DNA from: Octopus sinensis
Taxonomy: Eukaryota
DNA length: 64,000 nucleotides
Direction: 5' to 3'
Assembly: GCF_006345805.1 (NCBI RefSeq)
Contig: NC_043024.1
Span: 19,716,001-19,780,000, forward strand
The notes under the pieces are model-generated. The model saw only the letters and a list, made by a program, of their open reading frames with translations. It had not been told where the DNA came from and made no database searches. The stretch's first letter is position 1; each line of letters begins with the position of its first letter. Shown here piece by piece: positions 13,392-26,927 of the stretch. A program made the position numbers and the translations under genes.

Positions 13392-13869
13392 ATAATAATA
13401 ATAATAATAATAACATCGAAAAATACCTTAGGAATGAGAACCCAGTGGTTTGAAATTTCTCCAAGACACCTGATGAACAAATATCCGTCAAATGTAAATA
13501 ATGTATTTTTATCTGCTCTTTCTACCAAGTTCAGCAACCACATAGAGTTCACCTCCATGGTTCTACCCACTGAAACCTCTTCTTGGCAGTGCCCCAGCAT
13601 GACCACAGTTTTGTGACAGAAACCATAAAAAGACTTTAAAATGTCCGTTACGTTGATTTCAGACTTGACAGTCTCCGATAATTATTGAATTTATGTTAAT
13701 TTCATCTCCCAAACTAATTGTTTTAATTCATTAAGCATTGGATTAATTAAAATTAATCAATAGTTGCCAAGTCAGCAGTTCCCTGTTAACTAATTAAAAA
13801 AACCTGAAAGTATCGAAAACTACAGAATGTAATTTGATTAAAGTTTAGTAGAAAAATAGTGTCGGGGTT

Positions 13870-14172
13870 ACGTGCTAGTGTGTGTATGTGGGGGGGGTCA
13901 GTTTGTGTGTGTGTGCATGTATGTGTGTACGTGTGTGTGCGTGTGTGTGAATTTGTGTAGGTTTCTGTAAGTGTCAGTTTGTGTGTGTTTATGTGTGTGA
14001 GGTTATGTGTCAGTTTGTGTGTGTCTATATGTATGTGTGTGTATGTGTGTACATGTATGTGTCTACATGTATGAGTGTGTGTGTGTGTCAATTTGTAGGT
14101 TTTTATGTGTGTGTGATGGTGTCAATTTGAGTGTGTTTGTGCATGTGTGTCAGTTTGTGTGTTTGTATGTAT

Positions 14173-14213
<41 letters not shown>

Positions 14214-14699
14214 TGCGTGTGTGTGTCACTTTGTGAGTCAATTCATGTGCATATATGTGTGTGAGTGTGTGAGTTGATTTTTGTGCGGTTGTGCACGTGT
14301 ATGTAAGTGTGTATCAGTGTGAGTGTGTTTGTGTGTGTGTCAGTGTGTGTGTGTGTGTCAGTGTGTGTGTGTGTCAATGTGTGTGTGTGTATCAGTGTGT
14401 GTGTGTGTGTCAGTGTGTGTGTGTGTCAATGTGTGTGTGTGTGTCAGTGTGTGTGTGTGTCAATGTGTGTGTGTGTATCAGTGCGCGCGTGTGTCAGTGT
14501 GTGTGTGTGTTTGTACGTCTGAGTTTGTGCTAGTGCATGAGTGTGTAAGTGTGTGTGTGTGTGTGTGTGAGTGAGTGTCTGTGTGTGTTTATGTCTGGTC
14601 ACTTTATGTGTGTTTGTGTATGAGTATGTGTATCAATTAGTGTGTGTTAACCGTGTGTGTTTCTGCGTATGTTGATACCAATTATGTACACCTGGGAGA

Positions 14700-14735
<36 letters not shown>

Positions 14736-15107
14736 ATGTGCTTGGTGTAAAATGCTGTGACAAAGGCAAATATTGGATTTTATAATTGAAACATGTGTGC
14801 ACTTGGCACATAAACACTTGGGACTTTCTTTGTCTGTCTGTCTGTCTCTCCGTCTGTCGTGTATGTGTGTGTGTGTGTCGATCTATTTAATTCAATGTAT
14901 CTTTCTATCTCTCTCTTTCTCTGTCAATCTATCTATCTGTCTATCTGTGTTAATCTCTCTCTCTCTCTCTCCCTCCTTCTCTCTGTCTATCTATCTTTCT
15001 ATCTATTTATCTGTCTACCCGTCTGTCTCTCTGTCAATCTTTCTTTCTATCTCTCTCTCTGCCTACCTACCTACCTTCCTAACTACTTATCTCTCATTCT
15101 CCCCCTC

Positions 15108-15173
<66 letters not shown>

Positions 15174-15195
15174 AATCTATCAATCTCTCGCTCTA
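13870..15195. repeat. Compound (GT)n then (CT)n/(TATC)n microsatellite block
   Basis: Direct reading. The ORFs here are CV, LS and IYLS repeats. Confidence 0.95.
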
Positions 15196-15481
15196 TATAT
15201 ATATATATAATAATAATTATTTGAGGGAATATAAATCCAAACTTACAGGGAAGAAAATTCAATTTAGAAATACTAAATCAAATTTCATATAATATAATAT
15301 ATATATATATATATAAAAATTAGAAAAAAAACACCTTTTATCAATTCAAAATGAACAATTAAATTACACTATTTAGAAAATTACATATAATAGAAGTATT
15401 AAAATTAAAATAACAATAAAATATCAATGATTAAGTAAATTGCAAACAAAAATAATAAAAACGTATATAATTGGTAGAATC

Positions 15482-15514
<33 letters not shown>

Positions 15515-15849
15515 CTGTCTATATGCCTACCTGTCTGCATTTCTTTTGCCTACCTGTCCAGATACGATGAAGTATTACCTTGTTTGAAAACAGGAAGGGT
15601 ATCTGGCCGTTGAAGCACCTACCTCAATAAACTTGGTCCAGCCCATTCAAGAGTCCTATCAAAAGCAGCCACCATTACATCTCCTGCTAGATTTCTAAGC
15701 ATGACCAATTGAGATTATGGATATAACCCAACCATCATATTTTTGGTTTCCCCTCTAAGTCTCCTGCCAGTTGGCTCAACTTGAAGAATCTATCTCCTGA
15801 TTCTTTCCCATGATGTTCTATTCACAAGTTTTCACAATTTTCTTAATTT

Positions 15850-16432
15850 TTTATTGCCCACAAGGGGCTAAACATAGAAGGAACAAACAAGGACAGACAA
15901 AGTCAATACATCGACCCCAGTGCGTAACTGGTACTTAATTTATCGACCCCGAAAGGATGAAAAACAAAGTCGACTTTGGCAGAATTTGAACTCAGAACAT
16001 AAAGACAGATGAATCACCTATTTCTTTACTACCCACAAGGGGCTAAACACAGAGGGGACAAACAAGGACAGACAAATGGATTAAGTCGATTATATCTACC
16101 CCAGTGCATAACTGGTACTTATTTAATCGACCTCGAAAGGATGAAATGCAAAGTTGACCTCGGCGGAATTTGAACTCAGAATGTAGCAGCAGACGAAATA
16201 CCTATTTCTTTACTACCCACAAGGGGCTAAACACAGAGGGGACAAACAAGGACAGACAAACGGATTAAGTCGATTATATCGACCCAAGTGTGTAACTGGT
16301 ACTGATTTAATCAACCCCGAAAGGATGAAAGGCAAAGTCGACCTCGGTGGAATTTGAACTCAGAATGTAACGGCAGACAAAATACCGCTAAACATTTCAC
16401 CTGGCAAGCTAACGTTTCTGCCAGCTCACCAC
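15850..16432 (-). mobile_element. SINE family A trimer (one head, three bodies)
   Basis: Three copies of cccacaaggggctaaac...gaatttgaactcagaa joined by the same junction type as the 16-mer. Confidence 0.85.
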
Positions 16433-16736
16433 CTTCACCATCTTCACCATTTTCTAATAAGTAATATTTAATTAAATTTAATGACTGCAGTAATTAATAA
16501 AATTGATAAAGAGCAATAGATTTTCTGTTATCATCACCACCATCTTTATCGTTTAACGTCCGTTTTTTTCCGCTGGCATGAGTTTGAAGGTTCAGCAGGA
16601 GCTGGCAAACCAGAGGTCTGCACCAAGTACCAGTCGTCTGTTTTAGCCTGTTTAATTATGACTGGATGCCATTCATAATGCCAACCATGTTACAGAGTGT
16701 ACTAGGGACTTTTATAGGGTGCTGGCATAAGTACTT

Positions 16737-17670
16737 TTTACATGACACCAGCACAGGTGCTTTTTACAGCACAGGTGCTTTTATGTAGCACAGGTGCTTT
16801 TTACAGCGCAAGTGCTTTTTACAGCACAGGTGCATTTATGTAGCACAGGTGCTTTTTACAGTACAGGTGCTTTTTACAGCACAGGTGCTTTTTACAGCAC
16901 AGGTGCTTTTATGTAGCACAGGTGCTTTTTACAGCGCAAGTGCTTTTTACAGCACTGGTGCTTTTTACAGCACAGGTGTTTTTTACAGTACAGGTGCTTT
17001 TTACAACACAGGTGTTTTTTACAACACAGGTGCTTTTTACAGCACAGGGGCATTTTACAGCACAGGTGCATTTTACACCTCAGGTGCTTTTATGTAGCAC
17101 AGGTGCTTTTTACATCACAGGTGCTTTTTACAGCACAGGTGCTTTTATGTAGCACAGGTGCTTTTTACAGCGCAAGTGCTTTTTACAGCACTGGTGCTTT
17201 TTACAGCACAGGTGTTTTTTACAGTACAGGTGCTTTTTACAGCACAGGTGTTTTTTACAACACAGGTGCTTTTTACAGCACTGGGGCATTTTACAGCACA
17301 TGTGCATTTTCCACCTCAGGTGCTTTTATGTAGCACAGGTGCTTTTTACAGCATAGGTATTTTTTACAGCGCAGGTATTTTTTACAGCACAGGTGCTTTT
17401 ATGTAGCACCAACACAGGTGTTTTGTACATGACACTAGCATGGGTGCTTTTACATAAAACTGGTACAGGTGCTTTTACATGGTACTGTCATGGGTGCTTT
17501 TACATCATCATCATCATCATCGTTTAACTTCCGCCTTCCATGCTAGCATGGGTTGGACGAATTGACTGAGGTCTGGTGAACCAGACGGCCGCACCAGGCT
17601 CCAGTCTTGATCTGGCATAGTTTCTAAAGCTGGATGCCCTTCCTAATGCCAACCACTCCGAGAGTGATGC
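16737..17670 (-). repeat. About 18 bp minisatellite (about 40 copies) between two (GAT)n-tail family segments
   Basis: Unit acagcacaggtgcttttt, bordered by 26 bp versions (ttttacatgacaccagcacaggtgc). Confidence 0.9.
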
Positions 17671-18499
17671 AAGCATAATCATACTTCCATATTCAAAATC
17701 ATTTCAGGTGCTTATTGACCCTCTGGGTAGCTACACAGACTCCCCCGCCCCAAGTGTTAGTAGTAACCACATTGTCAACACATGGATTACATTAATACCC
17801 CTCTTCATCTTCTAAGTAGACTGTTAGAAAAGGAATTTTGTTATGGAAATTTAAGTGAGATGTGACTGCTGTTTCTAGCAGAGTTACTAGCCATGTAGCG
17901 GTTCCATAGAGTTGGTTATCTGAATTTTTATTGTGTTTCCGTAAACTACAAACCACAAGGGAAAGGGATAAAAAAAGAAACAATATGCATATTAATTGCT
18001 TTTCCTTTATTGTGTGTGTGTGTGTGTGTGATAAAAATTGACCCGTATTGATTAGAAGAAGCTTTTTAAAATCCCCCTCCTCCTAATTATAATTCTAACA
18101 CCAACCCACCTGGGAAGTGAGGCTATATTAAAATGTTTAGATCTAAATTAAAATCTTCATCAAAAAAATCTAATTACAACATGGCTGACGATCTTTCAGT
18201 TCATCTGTACCGAGTCTGAGCTTGGATGTGAATATTCAACCTGCTAAAGACAACAGCCAAATCACCTCAAATCACTCTGTACCTTCTTTGGTCTATGTTA
18301 ATTTTGCTATGCTACCATGGTTTCAACAGGGCAGGTGGAGTTATTGGAGCAGGATGCTCTTGCTGTCAACAACTCTTATTTGGTTCTTTGTTTTTCGGGG
18401 GTCGGAGGGGGGGGAAGAAATGATGCATTGAAAATTAGATGGGATGGTTATGGCTGGAACGCCTTTGATCATGGAATGTTATTGACCAAAATGTTATAA

Positions 18500-19385
18500 C
18501 ACTGAAGTGTCATTTGACCAACGTATCAATTCACCAAAGTTGTTAGACCAAGAAGTTTTTAGACCAAGGTGTTGTAAGACTGAGGTGCTGTTAGACTGAA
18601 ATATTTTACATCAAAGAGTTGTTAGACTAAAGTGTGAAGACCAGCCTACCCGAAGTGTTTAAGACCAATCTATCATTAGACAACTTGTTTGACGAAAGTG
18701 TTTTAGACCAACCTACCATCAGACCAAAGACTAGTTAGACCAAAATGTTTAAGATCAACCAACCATTAAATAAATTGTTGTTTAACCAAAGTGTTGTTAG
18801 ACTAAGGTGTCTTTAGACCAAGGTGTTGTAAGACTAAAGTGCTGTTAGACCAAAGAATTGTTAGACTGAAGTTTCATTAGACCAATGTGTCATCAGAATG
18901 AAATATCATTAGAGCTATATGTTTTACACCAGTGTTGTTAGATAGTAGTATTTAGTTAGACCAAACTGCCATGAGACCAAAGTCATTAGAGCAATCTATT
19001 AGACTGAAGTGTTTTAGACCAAAATCTCATTAGACCAAAAAGTCAATAGACAAAGGTGCTATTAAACAAATATATTGTTTGATTAAAGTGTTTACAATCA
19101 ACCTATCATTTAACCAAAGTATCGTTAGACCAAAGTTCTTAAGAACAATTTATCATAAGACCAAAGAATTGTTAGACCAAAGTGAAAATAAACCACATTG
19201 TCATTAGACTAAGTTAACATTAGACTGAGATATCATTGGAGAGATGTACTGGTTAGACCAAAGAATTATTAGATCAAAGTGTCACTAGTTAGACTGAGTG
19301 TTTTAAACCAAAGAGACATGAGACCAAAATATTGTAAGACCAAATAGTTTTGGTCCCAGGTATAAACTAAACCAAACTGATGAAC
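18500..19385. repeat. Degenerate minisatellite built on ttagaccaa
   Basis: Dozens of variants of gttagaccaaagt at roughly 20 bp spacing, ending about 50 bp before the exon A acceptor. Confidence 0.75.
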
Positions 19386-19436
19386 CCTATCTTGTTTCTG
19401 ACCCCTAATATTTCTTATTGTTTTTCTCATTTTCAG

Positions 19437-19552
19437 ATGGTCCACATTTTGTGAAATACCCTGTAGATACAGTGTCTCAGATAGGAGAACCTGTGACGTT
19501 TTTATGTGACACAGATGATGAACCAAAACCACATATTTATTGGACATTCAAT
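19437..19552 (+). CDS. Exon A of Ig/FN3 cell-surface protein: first half of Ig (I-set) domain, (D)GPHFVKYPVDTVSQIGEPVTFLCDTDDEPKPHIYWTFN
   Basis: Acceptor ctcattttcAG at 19435-36, donor GTaagt at 19553. P-x-F..P, B-strand Cys and C-strand Trp of an Ig fold. Starts phase 1, ends phase 0. Confidence 0.92.
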
Positions 19553-19561
19553 GTAAGTTTG

Positions 19562-19562
19562 G

Positions 19563-19628
<66 letters not shown>

Positions 19629-19764
19629 TAGTATATTTTTTATATCGTGCTTTCAGTTCACTACCGAGCGCAGCTCTGTGTGCCTTGGGTATGTGCTGTG
19701 ATTTGTTGTGATGCTCTGATGGTTATTATTGTTATTATTATTGTCATCATCATCATCATCATCA

Positions 19765-19814
<50 letters not shown>

Positions 19815-20004
19815 TAGTTTTATTTTTATAGCATGCTTTCACTTCACTACCGAGCGCAGCTCTGTGTGCCTTGGGTATGTGCTGTGATTTGTTGTGATGC
19901 TCTGATGGTTATTATTGTTATTATTATTGTCATCATCATCATCATCATCATCATTATTATTATTATTATTATTATTATTGTCATCATCATCATCATCATC
20001 ATCA

Positions 20005-20042
<38 letters not shown>

Positions 20043-20067
20043 GTCATCATCATCATCATCATCATCA

Positions 20068-20099
<32 letters not shown>

Positions 20100-20133
20100 G
20101 TTATTATTATTGTCATCATCATCATCATCATCA

Positions 20134-20165
<32 letters not shown>

Positions 20166-20196
20166 GTCATCATCATCATCATCATCATCATCATCG

Positions 20197-20228
<32 letters not shown>

Positions 20229-20256
20229 GTTATTATTATTGTCATCATCATCATCA

Positions 20257-20291
<35 letters not shown>

Positions 20292-20315
20292 TCATCATCA
20301 TCATCATCATCATCA

Positions 20316-20356
<41 letters not shown>

Positions 20357-20357
20357 G

Positions 20358-20394
<37 letters not shown>

Positions 20395-20448
20395 TATTAT
20401 ATTTTATTATTATTATTGTTATTATTATTGTCATCATCATCATCATCA

Positions 20449-20489
<41 letters not shown>

Positions 20490-20516
20490 GTCACATCATC
20501 ATCATCATCATCATCA

Positions 20517-20600
<84 letters not shown>

Positions 20601-20606
20601 TTATCA

Positions 20607-20642
<36 letters not shown>

Positions 20643-20835
20643 TAGTGGGAGAGCTGTATATGCCATCAAAGCGACCTTGGGGTACAAATATTCAAAACCT
20701 AATATACCCTTTCATGATTACCTGTCTGGTAATGGTACACCAGGCACATGCATCACAACTATATGTGTGCGCGACATGGTGATCATCATCATCATATTAT
20801 TATTATTATTATTATTATTATTGTTATTATTATTG

Positions 20836-20869
<34 letters not shown>

Positions 20870-20925
20870 TATTATTATTATTATTATTATTATTGTCATC
20901 ATCATCATCATCATCATCATCATCG

Positions 20926-20957
<32 letters not shown>

Positions 20958-20985
20958 GTTATTATTATTGTCATCATCATCATCA

Positions 20986-21017
<32 letters not shown>

Positions 21018-21018
21018 G

Positions 21019-21080
<62 letters not shown>

Positions 21081-21081
21081 G

Positions 21082-21121
<40 letters not shown>

Positions 21122-21177
21122 TATTATTATTATTATTATTATTATTGTTATTATTATTGTCATCATCATCATCATCA

Positions 21178-21218
<41 letters not shown>

Positions 21219-21219
21219 G

Positions 21220-21286
<67 letters not shown>

Positions 21287-22127
21287 CATTATTATTATTA
21301 TTATTATTATTATTACTGAGTGGGAGAGCAGTATATGCCATCAAAGCGACCTTGGGGTACAAATATTCAAAACCTAATATACCCTTTCATGATTACCTGT
21401 CTGGTAATGGTACACCAGGCACATGCATCACAACTATATGTGCGCGACATGGTGATCTTATATCAAGATAAACAGCGCATGACCTTGCAGGTGGGGCCCA
21501 GTTGGAATTTTCTTCAGGTTGAGTAGCCCATCCAGCTCAAAAGGTCCCTGAATAAGGGTTGTTTAAGGATGTTGAACAAAGCACCCATGTTTCCAATGGA
21601 GAATTATTCAAACCCCAAAGAGCCCCACTCAACACATGGCTATGATGCTCCCCCACTACTTCTGCTCGTGATCAGAGATGCACATATCATCAGCCACCAA
21701 GGGACGTGCTCAACTGATTAAGGTCAAACAACTGACAAGCAAATCTGTGGTATTGAGCAGAATATTTGCTGTAGCCCATCTTTTATACCAAGACAAGACA
21801 TGAACAATCAGTTAAGATCAGAAACCATGGGAGCCAATCCTGGCATTGTATCAGAGCACTTATTATCATCATCATCATCATCATTATTATTATTATTATT
21901 ATTATCATTATTATTATTATTATCATTATTATTATTATTATTATCATTATTATTGTTATTATTTTCATTATTATAATTATTATTATTATATTATTATTAT
22001 TATTATTATTATTATCATTATTATTATTATTATTATTATCATTATTATTATTATTATTATCATTATTATTATTATTATCATTATTATTATTATTATTATC
22101 ATTATTATTGTTATGTTCATTATTATA

Positions 22128-22158
<31 letters not shown>

Positions 22159-22468
22159 TATTCATTATTATTTTATTATTATCATTATTTATTATTATTA
22201 TTATTATATTATTATCATATATTATTATTATCATTATTATTATTATTATTATCATTATTATTGTTATTATTTTCATTATTATATTATTATATATATTATT
22301 ATTATTATCATTATTATTGTTATTATTTTCATTATTATAATTATTATTATTATTATTATTTATTATTATTTTTATCTTATTATTATTATCATTATTATTA
22401 TTATTATCATTATTATTGTTATTATTTTCATTATTATAATTATTATTATTATAATTATTATTATTATT

Positions 22469-22500
<32 letters not shown>
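19562..22500. repeat. (ATT)n/(CAT)n microsatellite field containing duplicated unique segments
   Basis: Direct reading. It gives the poly-I, poly-L and poly-S ORFs. Confidence 0.95.
21315..21860 (-). mobile_element. About 560 bp (ATT)n-embedded interspersed element
   Basis: Homologous to 30127-30683, 39728-40227, 40871-41107, 41176-41412 and 56689-57086. Strand inferred from a (TAA)n tail. Confidence 0.8.
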
Positions 22501-22501
<1 letters not shown>

Positions 22502-22650
22502 ATATATTTAACAAGCTAGCAGAATCATTACCAGACAAAATGCATTTCTCTTGGCTGTTTACATTCTGAGTTCCAACTCCAATGAGGTCAATTTTGCCTT
22601 AAACACACCATCACTGGTTGTCAAGTGGTGGTGTGGGACAAATACAAACA

Positions 22651-22695
<45 letters not shown>

Positions 22696-23044
22696 ATGTG
22701 TGTGAGGGATTCTTTCAGTTTCTGTCTACCAAATCCACTCACAAGGCTTTGGTTGGTTCCGAGGCTGTAGAAGAAGTCACTTGCCCAAGGTGCTATACAG
22801 TGGGACTGAACTCTGAACCATGTGGTTGGTAAGCAAAATTCTTACTACACACCACGCCTTGTTCATTTATTTAAATCCTCTCTGCCTCTGGAGGATGACC
22901 TCATTTGTTTACCATTCTGACATATTGATGTTTTTCAATATCTTTCTCCCCATAATCACATTTAAATACAGAGCAATTAAAATGGCAAAATAATAAAGTT
23001 AGCTATGTTGAGATTTGAACTTAGGATATATCATAATCCGATTG

Positions 23045-24019
23045 TGGATGTTGCCAGCCTCCCCTGGCACCTGTGCCGGTGGCATGTAAAAAGCACCAAC
23101 TGATCATGGCCGTTGCCAGCCTCCCCTGGCACCTGTGCCAGTGGCATGTAAAAAGCACCCACTACACTCATGGAGTGGTTGGCGTTAGGAAGGGCATCCA
23201 GCTGTAGAAACACTGCCAGATCAGACTGGAGTCTAGTGCAGCCTTCTGGCTTCCCAGACCCCGGTCGAACCGTCCAACCCATGCTAGCATGGAAAGCGGA
23301 CGCTAAACGATGATGATGATGATGATGATGATATGTGAGCATGGAAATGAATGTTAATAACAACAATGACGATAATGATGACAATGAGGATGAGAATAAC
23401 AGTGATAATGATGATGATGACGACGACAATGATGATTATGGTGATGATTATGATGATGATAATGATGATGATGGTGGTGATGATTGTGATGGTGATGATG
23501 ATGATGACAATGATGATGATGACGACGACAACAATGATGATGATTATGGTGATGATGATTATGATGATGATGAGGAGGACGGTGATGATAGTGATGGTGA
23601 TGATGATGATGACGGCAATGATGTTGATGACAATGATGATGATGACGACGACAACAATGATGATGATTATGATTATGATGATGATGATGATTATGATTAT
23701 GATGATGATGATGATGATGACGATGATGATGATGATGGTGATGAAGTTGATGACGGCGATGATGATGAAAATGATGGTGATGATGATGATGACGGCAATG
23801 ATGTTGATGACAATGATGATGATGACGACGACAACAATGATGATGATTATGGTGATGATGATTATGATGATGATGATGATGAGGACGATGATGATGATGA
23901 TGGTGATGAAGTTGATGACGGCGATGATGTTGATGACAATGATGATGATGATGACGACAACAATGATGATGATTATGGTGATGATGATTATGATGATGAT
24001 GATGATGACGATGATGATG

Positions 24020-24051
<32 letters not shown>

Positions 24052-24285
24052 GGTGATGATGATGATGGTGATGAAGTTGATGACAGCGATGATGTTGATG
24101 ACAATGATGATGATGATGACGACAACAGTGATGATGATTATGGTGATGATTATGGTGATGATGATAATGATGATAAAAATGATGATGATGGTGATGATGA
24201 CGACGACGATGATGATGATGACGACGATGATGATGATGATGATGATGATGATGACGATGACGTTGATGACGATGACGACGATGAC
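23045..24285 (+). repeat. (GAT)n-tailed repeat element whose tail is expanded to about 1 kb of imperfect (GAT/GAC/AAC)n
   Basis: Element body 23045-23307, then GAT-based array to 24285. The 371 aa poly-D ORF is an artefact. Confidence 0.9.
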
Positions 24286-24422
24286 AGAGAGGTTTTTTTT
24301 TTGTTTTGCTTTTTGTTTCTGACAGTTCTAAATGGTTTTGCCAAACTACATCCATTTCCCAGTTTAAAATTACAAAAACATGTGAAAAAACAAAATTATA
24401 ATTCCATTACTATTATTTTCAG

Positions 24423-24576
24423 AACACCGTTTCTTTTCCCCCAACTGTAAATATATCCAAAGATGGACGCAGACTCCACATCAAATCAATGTCATGGAAA
24501 GAGATCGGAAAATACATGTGCTTTGCTGAAAATGTACAGGCTGTGAGAAACAAAACAGCCCATTTATATTTAAGAG
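24423..24576 (+). CDS. Exon B: second half of Ig domain, NTVSFPPTVNISKDGRRLHIKSMSWKEIGKYMCFAENVQAVRNKTAHLYLR
   Basis: Acceptor tattattttcAG at 24421-22, donor GTaagt at 24577. Phase 0 start matches exon A. L-x-I and G-x-Y-x-C-x-A-x-N Ig motifs. Not in the ORF track. Confidence 0.92.
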
Positions 24577-25680
24577 GTAAGTTACCATTCCAGTGACTTG
24601 TGTTTGCAACAAGAGTTCTTGAACAAAACCATTTCTAAGCCATGCATGACCAAACATCGGCTGATTGGATACAACTCAGAAATATTCTCAATAGTAATGG
24701 CTTCTTCGTTTCTTTTTTGTTTTTATGTGTGTACGTGTGTCTATTTTACTTGTTTCAGTCATTTGACTGCGGCCATGCTGGAGCACCGCCTTTAGTCGAG
24801 CAGCTCGACCCCGGGACTTATTCTTTTGTAAGCCCAGTACTTATTCTATCGGTCTCTTTTGCCGAACCGCTAAGTGATGGGGACGTAAACACACCAGCAT
24901 CGGTTGTCAAGCAATGCTAGGGGGACAAACACAGACACACAAACATATACACGCACACACATATATATATATACATATATACGACAGGCTTCTTTCAGTT
25001 TCCGTCTACCAAATCCACTCACAAGGCTTTGGTCGGTCCGAGGCTATAGTAGAAGACACTTGCCCAAGGTGCCATGCAGTGGGACTGAACCCGGAACCAT
25101 GTCATTGGTTAGCAAGCTACTTACCACACAGCCACTCCTGCGCCTATGTCTGTGTCTGTGTCTATTTTACTTGTTTCAGTTATTGAATAGTGGCCATGCT
25201 GGGGCATTTCCTTGAAATATTTTAGTAGAACAAGCTTGTTACTAGTTTAATTGGTTCTTCTGGATGAACTGCGAAGTTATGGGGATATAAACAAACCAAC
25301 AGCAATTACCAAGTGGTGTTGGGGACAAACACAAACACACACACACACAAACACACGCACACACATACACACACAAACATACACACACATACACACACAC
25401 TCACGAACACACACACATACACATACACATACACACACATACACACACACACATACACAAACACACAGACACACAAACACACACGCACACACACACACTA
25501 AAAGACAATCTGAAGTGATGCAACATTCTTTTTTCCTTCCTTGGAAAACAAAGCATCAGAGTGCAGGACTTGGTGCAAAACCTGCTTCTCCTCAGTTCAA
25601 AGATTTGAGCAAGGTCAACCCCAATATCAGGACCAAATTCATGCAAGCATGAAGGCACGTGGCAAAATGCTGCTCCTCTA

Positions 25681-25870
25681 AATAGAATCCTTAACTGTCA
25701 TTGTGGTTTTGTGGCACAATGTAAAGCAGGCCTTGCCACCCATTCAAGAAACCACACAGTGAATGCTCCACAAGCACTCAAGCAAACTGAGTCCACAACT
25801 TTTTCCGCTTGCTAAAATGTTTGCAAGATACCAGCAGGCCTCAAGAGATACATTTGTATCCTTAGAACAT
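25681..25870 (+). pseudogene. Decayed pair of C2H2-like zinc fingers, probably a LINE C-terminal remnant
   Basis: Frame from 25681 reads LNCHCGFVAQCKAGLATHSRNH...FSAC*NVCKIPAGLKRY. There is an in-frame stop and no splice signals. Confidence 0.4.
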
Positions 25871-26214
25871 GATTAGCACTTTATCTTACTGAATCCTCAT
25901 TTGCCATTCACAACAAGAGAATCCATCAAGCAATGATTAGTAAATTCACGAAACCAGAATGCTTTTGAATCTCTTTAACAATTCACAATAATGACTTTTA
26001 TTACTTTTAGTCCTACCTCTGTTCATCAAATTGTATATATCTTTAGTTACTTTTCATAAAAAGCCTTTACTTTTTTTTACTTCCAATGTGTATTTTCGCT
26101 TATTTTTCTTCTTACTTTCCCCTTACATTTCCATGTGTAGTTTCTATTTTCTTTTTGTATCGTTGACGATTTTCTGTCTCCATCTTCCCTTCCTTGGACC
26201 TTTCCTTTTTCTAT

Positions 26215-26249
26215 GTTTCTGACGAAGAGCTCCGCTCGAAATGTTAAAT
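26215..26249 (+). ncRNA. Minimal type I hammerhead motif (Penelope-like terminal repeat type)
   Basis: CTGACGA 26219-25, extra A, stem II GAGC-tcc-GCTC 26227-37, GAAA 26238-41, then TGTT (ACGT palindrome decayed to ATGT). Weak stem I GTTT/AAAT. Confidence 0.65.
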
Positions 26250-26385
26250 CCTCCTTCTTTCTTTCCTTTCCTGAGCGTCCAATAACATTACACTTGTTCC
26301 ACATCCTCACATTGTAATGTATTCTCTTTGTGTTTTCATGTTTGGATTAACTTTATATATATATATATATGTATGCATGTATACT

Positions 26386-26427
<42 letters not shown>

Positions 26428-26927
26428 TGCATGTAAGTATATGTGTGTATCATGTTATGACATATGTATTGCATGAAATTCTCAGACCTCAAGTCACTCT
26501 GTTTTTCTGCTAAATAGTAATAAAGATAAGTGTGTGTGTGTATCATAAAAACCCATGTAATCTACGCACTTTTTTTCACAAAAACAAAAATAAAATTTAG
26601 GGGCTGCATAAATTACATGAGTAGATTGTTTCCAGAATTTGTTTAGAAATTTTTTTGTTGAAAAATGACTTACAAATGTAAACATCCATACAGGAAGTTT
26701 GACTCGTTTAATGTCAGAATAGGTTTTTACAGAAAAAAAAAATGAAGTTGACTTTTATTTATGCTGGACGGTATAATGCTTACTTTTTCTGTATAAATTT
26801 ACTGAAACCATTAAATGGTTAACTACTTTTTGAAGTTTAACGTTCATACTGGTAGACACAGTCTGGGCCATATTTTCCATTGCTTGGAGTTTCTACCTAC
26901 TGCAATGGAGCCCAGCAATTTCCTTAA

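Noticed and set aside
13470-13500. CTGATGA in a Penelope-like terminal repeat context
   Set aside because: No stem II or GAAA follows; at most a deleted hammerhead relic.
19833-24450. Long ORFs (270, 518, 371, 323, 333 aa)
   Set aside because: These are translations of (ATT)n, (CAT)n and (GAT)n, open in several frames; only exons A and B in this area have domain motifs and splice sites.
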